DNA from: Planctomycetota bacterium
GTDB taxonomy: Bacteria; Planctomycetota; UBA11346
NCBI GenBank assembly: GCA_038231435.1
Contig: JBBRLJ010000055.1
Span: 1 to 27,969 of the forward strand
Direction: 5' to 3'
DNA length: 27,969 bases
Shown piece by piece: positions 26,616-27,969 of the stretch. The notes beneath the pieces are model-generated. The model worked only from the letters and a program-made list of their open reading frames with translations, did not search any database and was not told the origin of the DNA. Position numbers and translations under genes: made by a program. Numbering within the stretch: position 1 is the stretch's first letter; each line of letters starts with the position of its first letter.

Positions 26616-26688
26616 CCAGTGCCATGCGCCGCGTGGAACGCCCGCGTGAAATGTCTTCTCTGGCAGGTTGCGGGTGCGAACACCACGC

Positions 26689-27612
26689 ATGCGCATCATG
26701 TCTCCGATCGCCGTGGGCTTCCTCTATGCCGCTGGTGTGCTCCGTGCCGCCAGCGCCAACGCAGCGGACGCGCCGGCCCCAGCGCCAGCACCCTCGAAGC
26801 CACATGCCGCCTCCCAGTGGAGCCATTCCGGTCGCGCCGGGGCCTTCGTCACCAACGTCTACACCGAAGGCGCAGGAAGCTCGCGCGATCCGGCGATCGG
26901 CGGCGCGCGCGAATCGACCGCGTTCTTGCTCACCCTGGACGCGGCACTGCTCTGGCGGGGTGGCCCCGAATCCAGTGAGCAGAACCTACGCTTGCGCTAC
27001 GGGCGCGTACGCGTCGAAGGCGTCGACTGGATCGAAAACCAGGACGAGGCCCACTACGACGGCGTGGTCCGATACTCGTTCGCGAAACCCCACTTCGTCT
27101 ATGGAGCATGGGGCACGGACTCGGTGTTCACCAGTCCGGTCGATCACCAGGCGTTCGATCCGGTCACTGCGCGTGTCAGCGCCGGCTATGGGCAATTGTA
27201 CGAGGGCCTGCTCCTCCAGGCTGATCACGAAGCCAAGGACCATGCCGGCGAGGATCGCCTCGAGGTCCGCCTCGGCGTGCGCGCCCAGAAGCGCTGGAGC
27301 CGACACGACACCGCCTTCCAGGATCGCATCGAAGTGGGCCCCGAGGGCTACGCGCGCTACGACCGTCCCATCGACCCGTCCATCCGCTTTTTCGCGCAGT
27401 ACGAGGTCTTCAGCGAGTTCGACGACATCAAGCACGTGACCCAGCTCGTCACCGCTGGCCTGACCGCGGCGCTCGGCACCTACGTCACGCTCGAGCTTGC
27501 GTTCCGCGCCTACTTCGAATCCCATCCACACGAGGCTCCCGCAGGCTCCACGGGCTACGACTCCTGGAGCGTGCGCCAGGATACGCTCATCGGTCTGACG
27601 TATTCCTTCTAG
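26689..27612 (+). CDS. Putative outer-membrane beta-barrel protein (DUF481/DUF3078-like)
   Basis: Signal peptide ending ASA-NA, amphipathic strands (EQNLRLRYG, SAGYG, LEVRLG), C-terminal IGLTYSF barrel signature. Confidence 0.72.
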   Translation: MRIMSPIAVGFLYAAGVLRAASANAADAPAPAPAPSKPHAASQWSHSGRAGAFVTNVYTEGAGSSRDPAIGGARESTAFLLTLDAALLWRGGPESSEQNLRLRYGRVRVEGVDWIENQDEAHYDGVVRYSFAKPHFVYGAWGTDSVFTSPVDHQAFDPVTARVSAGYGQLYEGLLLQADHEAKDHAGEDRLEVRLGVRAQKRWSRHDTAFQDRIEVGPEGYARYDRPIDPSIRFFAQYEVFSEFDDIKHVTQLVTAGLTAALGTYVTLELAFRAYFESHPHEAPAGSTGYDSWSVRQDTLIGLTYSF

Positions 27613-27912
27613 GGGCTCCGCCCCTACGGCCTATCGGCCTACCCCACGGGCTTTGTCGGGGCTCGAATTCGCCGGGGGCCGGCCAATTCGTGGGCGGATC
27701 GGCTACGCCGATTGTATCCGCCCACCGCCCCTCGGCGCCCGGCTGATGTTCAGGGGCTCCGCCCCTACGGCCCTGGCGGGCCTACCCCACGGGCTTTGTC
27801 GGGGCTCGAATTCGCCGGGGGCCGGCGAATTCGTCGGCGGATCGGCTACGCCGATTGTATCCGCCGACCACCCCTCGGCGCCCGCCCCATCGCGGAGCGA
27901 CGGGGCCCCCGG
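27611..27912 (+). repeat. Tandem dimer of multi-hairpin REP/BIME-like repeat (unit A 27611-27741, linker, unit B 27752-27884, terminal hairpin 27884-27906)
   Basis: Same motif series as 1-250, with compensatory stem changes (GAATTC..GAATTC, ATCGGC-tac-GCCGAT, GTGGGCGGA..TCCGCCCAC); begins inside the TAG stop of the barrel gene. Confidence 0.93.
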
Positions 27913-27969
27913 TTGGATATGGCATCATGTGAAATCTGGGAACTCGGACTCCGGCTCGGGGCGAGCCGA

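Noticed and set aside
1..27912. Whole window as a composite transposon or genomic island bounded by direct repeats
   Set aside because: No transposase or integrase, the flanking copies are diverged and the cargo is ordinary metabolic genes. A dispersed repeat, with the assembly probably breaking at its copies, is the simpler explanation.
27913..27969. Terminal hairpin CGGCTCG-ggg-CGAGCCG as a terminator or further element
   Set aside because: Truncated by the window end, with no visible U-tract and no matching copy; cannot be assessed.

Overview
A very GC-rich bacterial segment, plausibly Planctomycetota-like judging from the QW-repeat 'GAGYDH' protein and the PhyH/AraC expansion (inference only). 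It holds about 24 probable protein-coding genes and no rRNA, tRNA, CRISPR array, transposase or integrase that I can recognise. Left part: a GH36 alpha-galactosidase, a GIY-YIG/zinc-ribbon gene pair, and three PhyH-type Fe(II)/2-oxoglutarate dioxygenases interleaved with three AraC regulators. Middle: a minus-strand run DUF47 - PiT - OprO/P-type porin - vanadium haloperoxidase/PAP2-type lipoprotein, an NAD-dependent epimerase, an AI-2E transporter with an EF-hand-like insert, and a close AraC homologue divergent from Gfo/Idh/MocA and aldo-keto reductase genes. Right part: NmrA, a secreted prenyltransferase/squalene-oxidase repeat protein, a cupin, a second AI-2E transporter, a 3D-domain protein and a beta-barrel protein. 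The most striking non-coding signal is a ~130-nt multi-hairpin repeat present five times: tandem dimers at both window ends and a strongly diverged inverted copy at 313-432. Its stems show clear compensatory changes, and it starts right after stop codons in the sense orientation. The most notable gene-level signal is the haloperoxidase-like lipoprotein downstream of phosphate (potentially vanadate) uptake genes. Many start codons are revised from the ORF track using Shine-Dalgarno (SD) or -10 signals.
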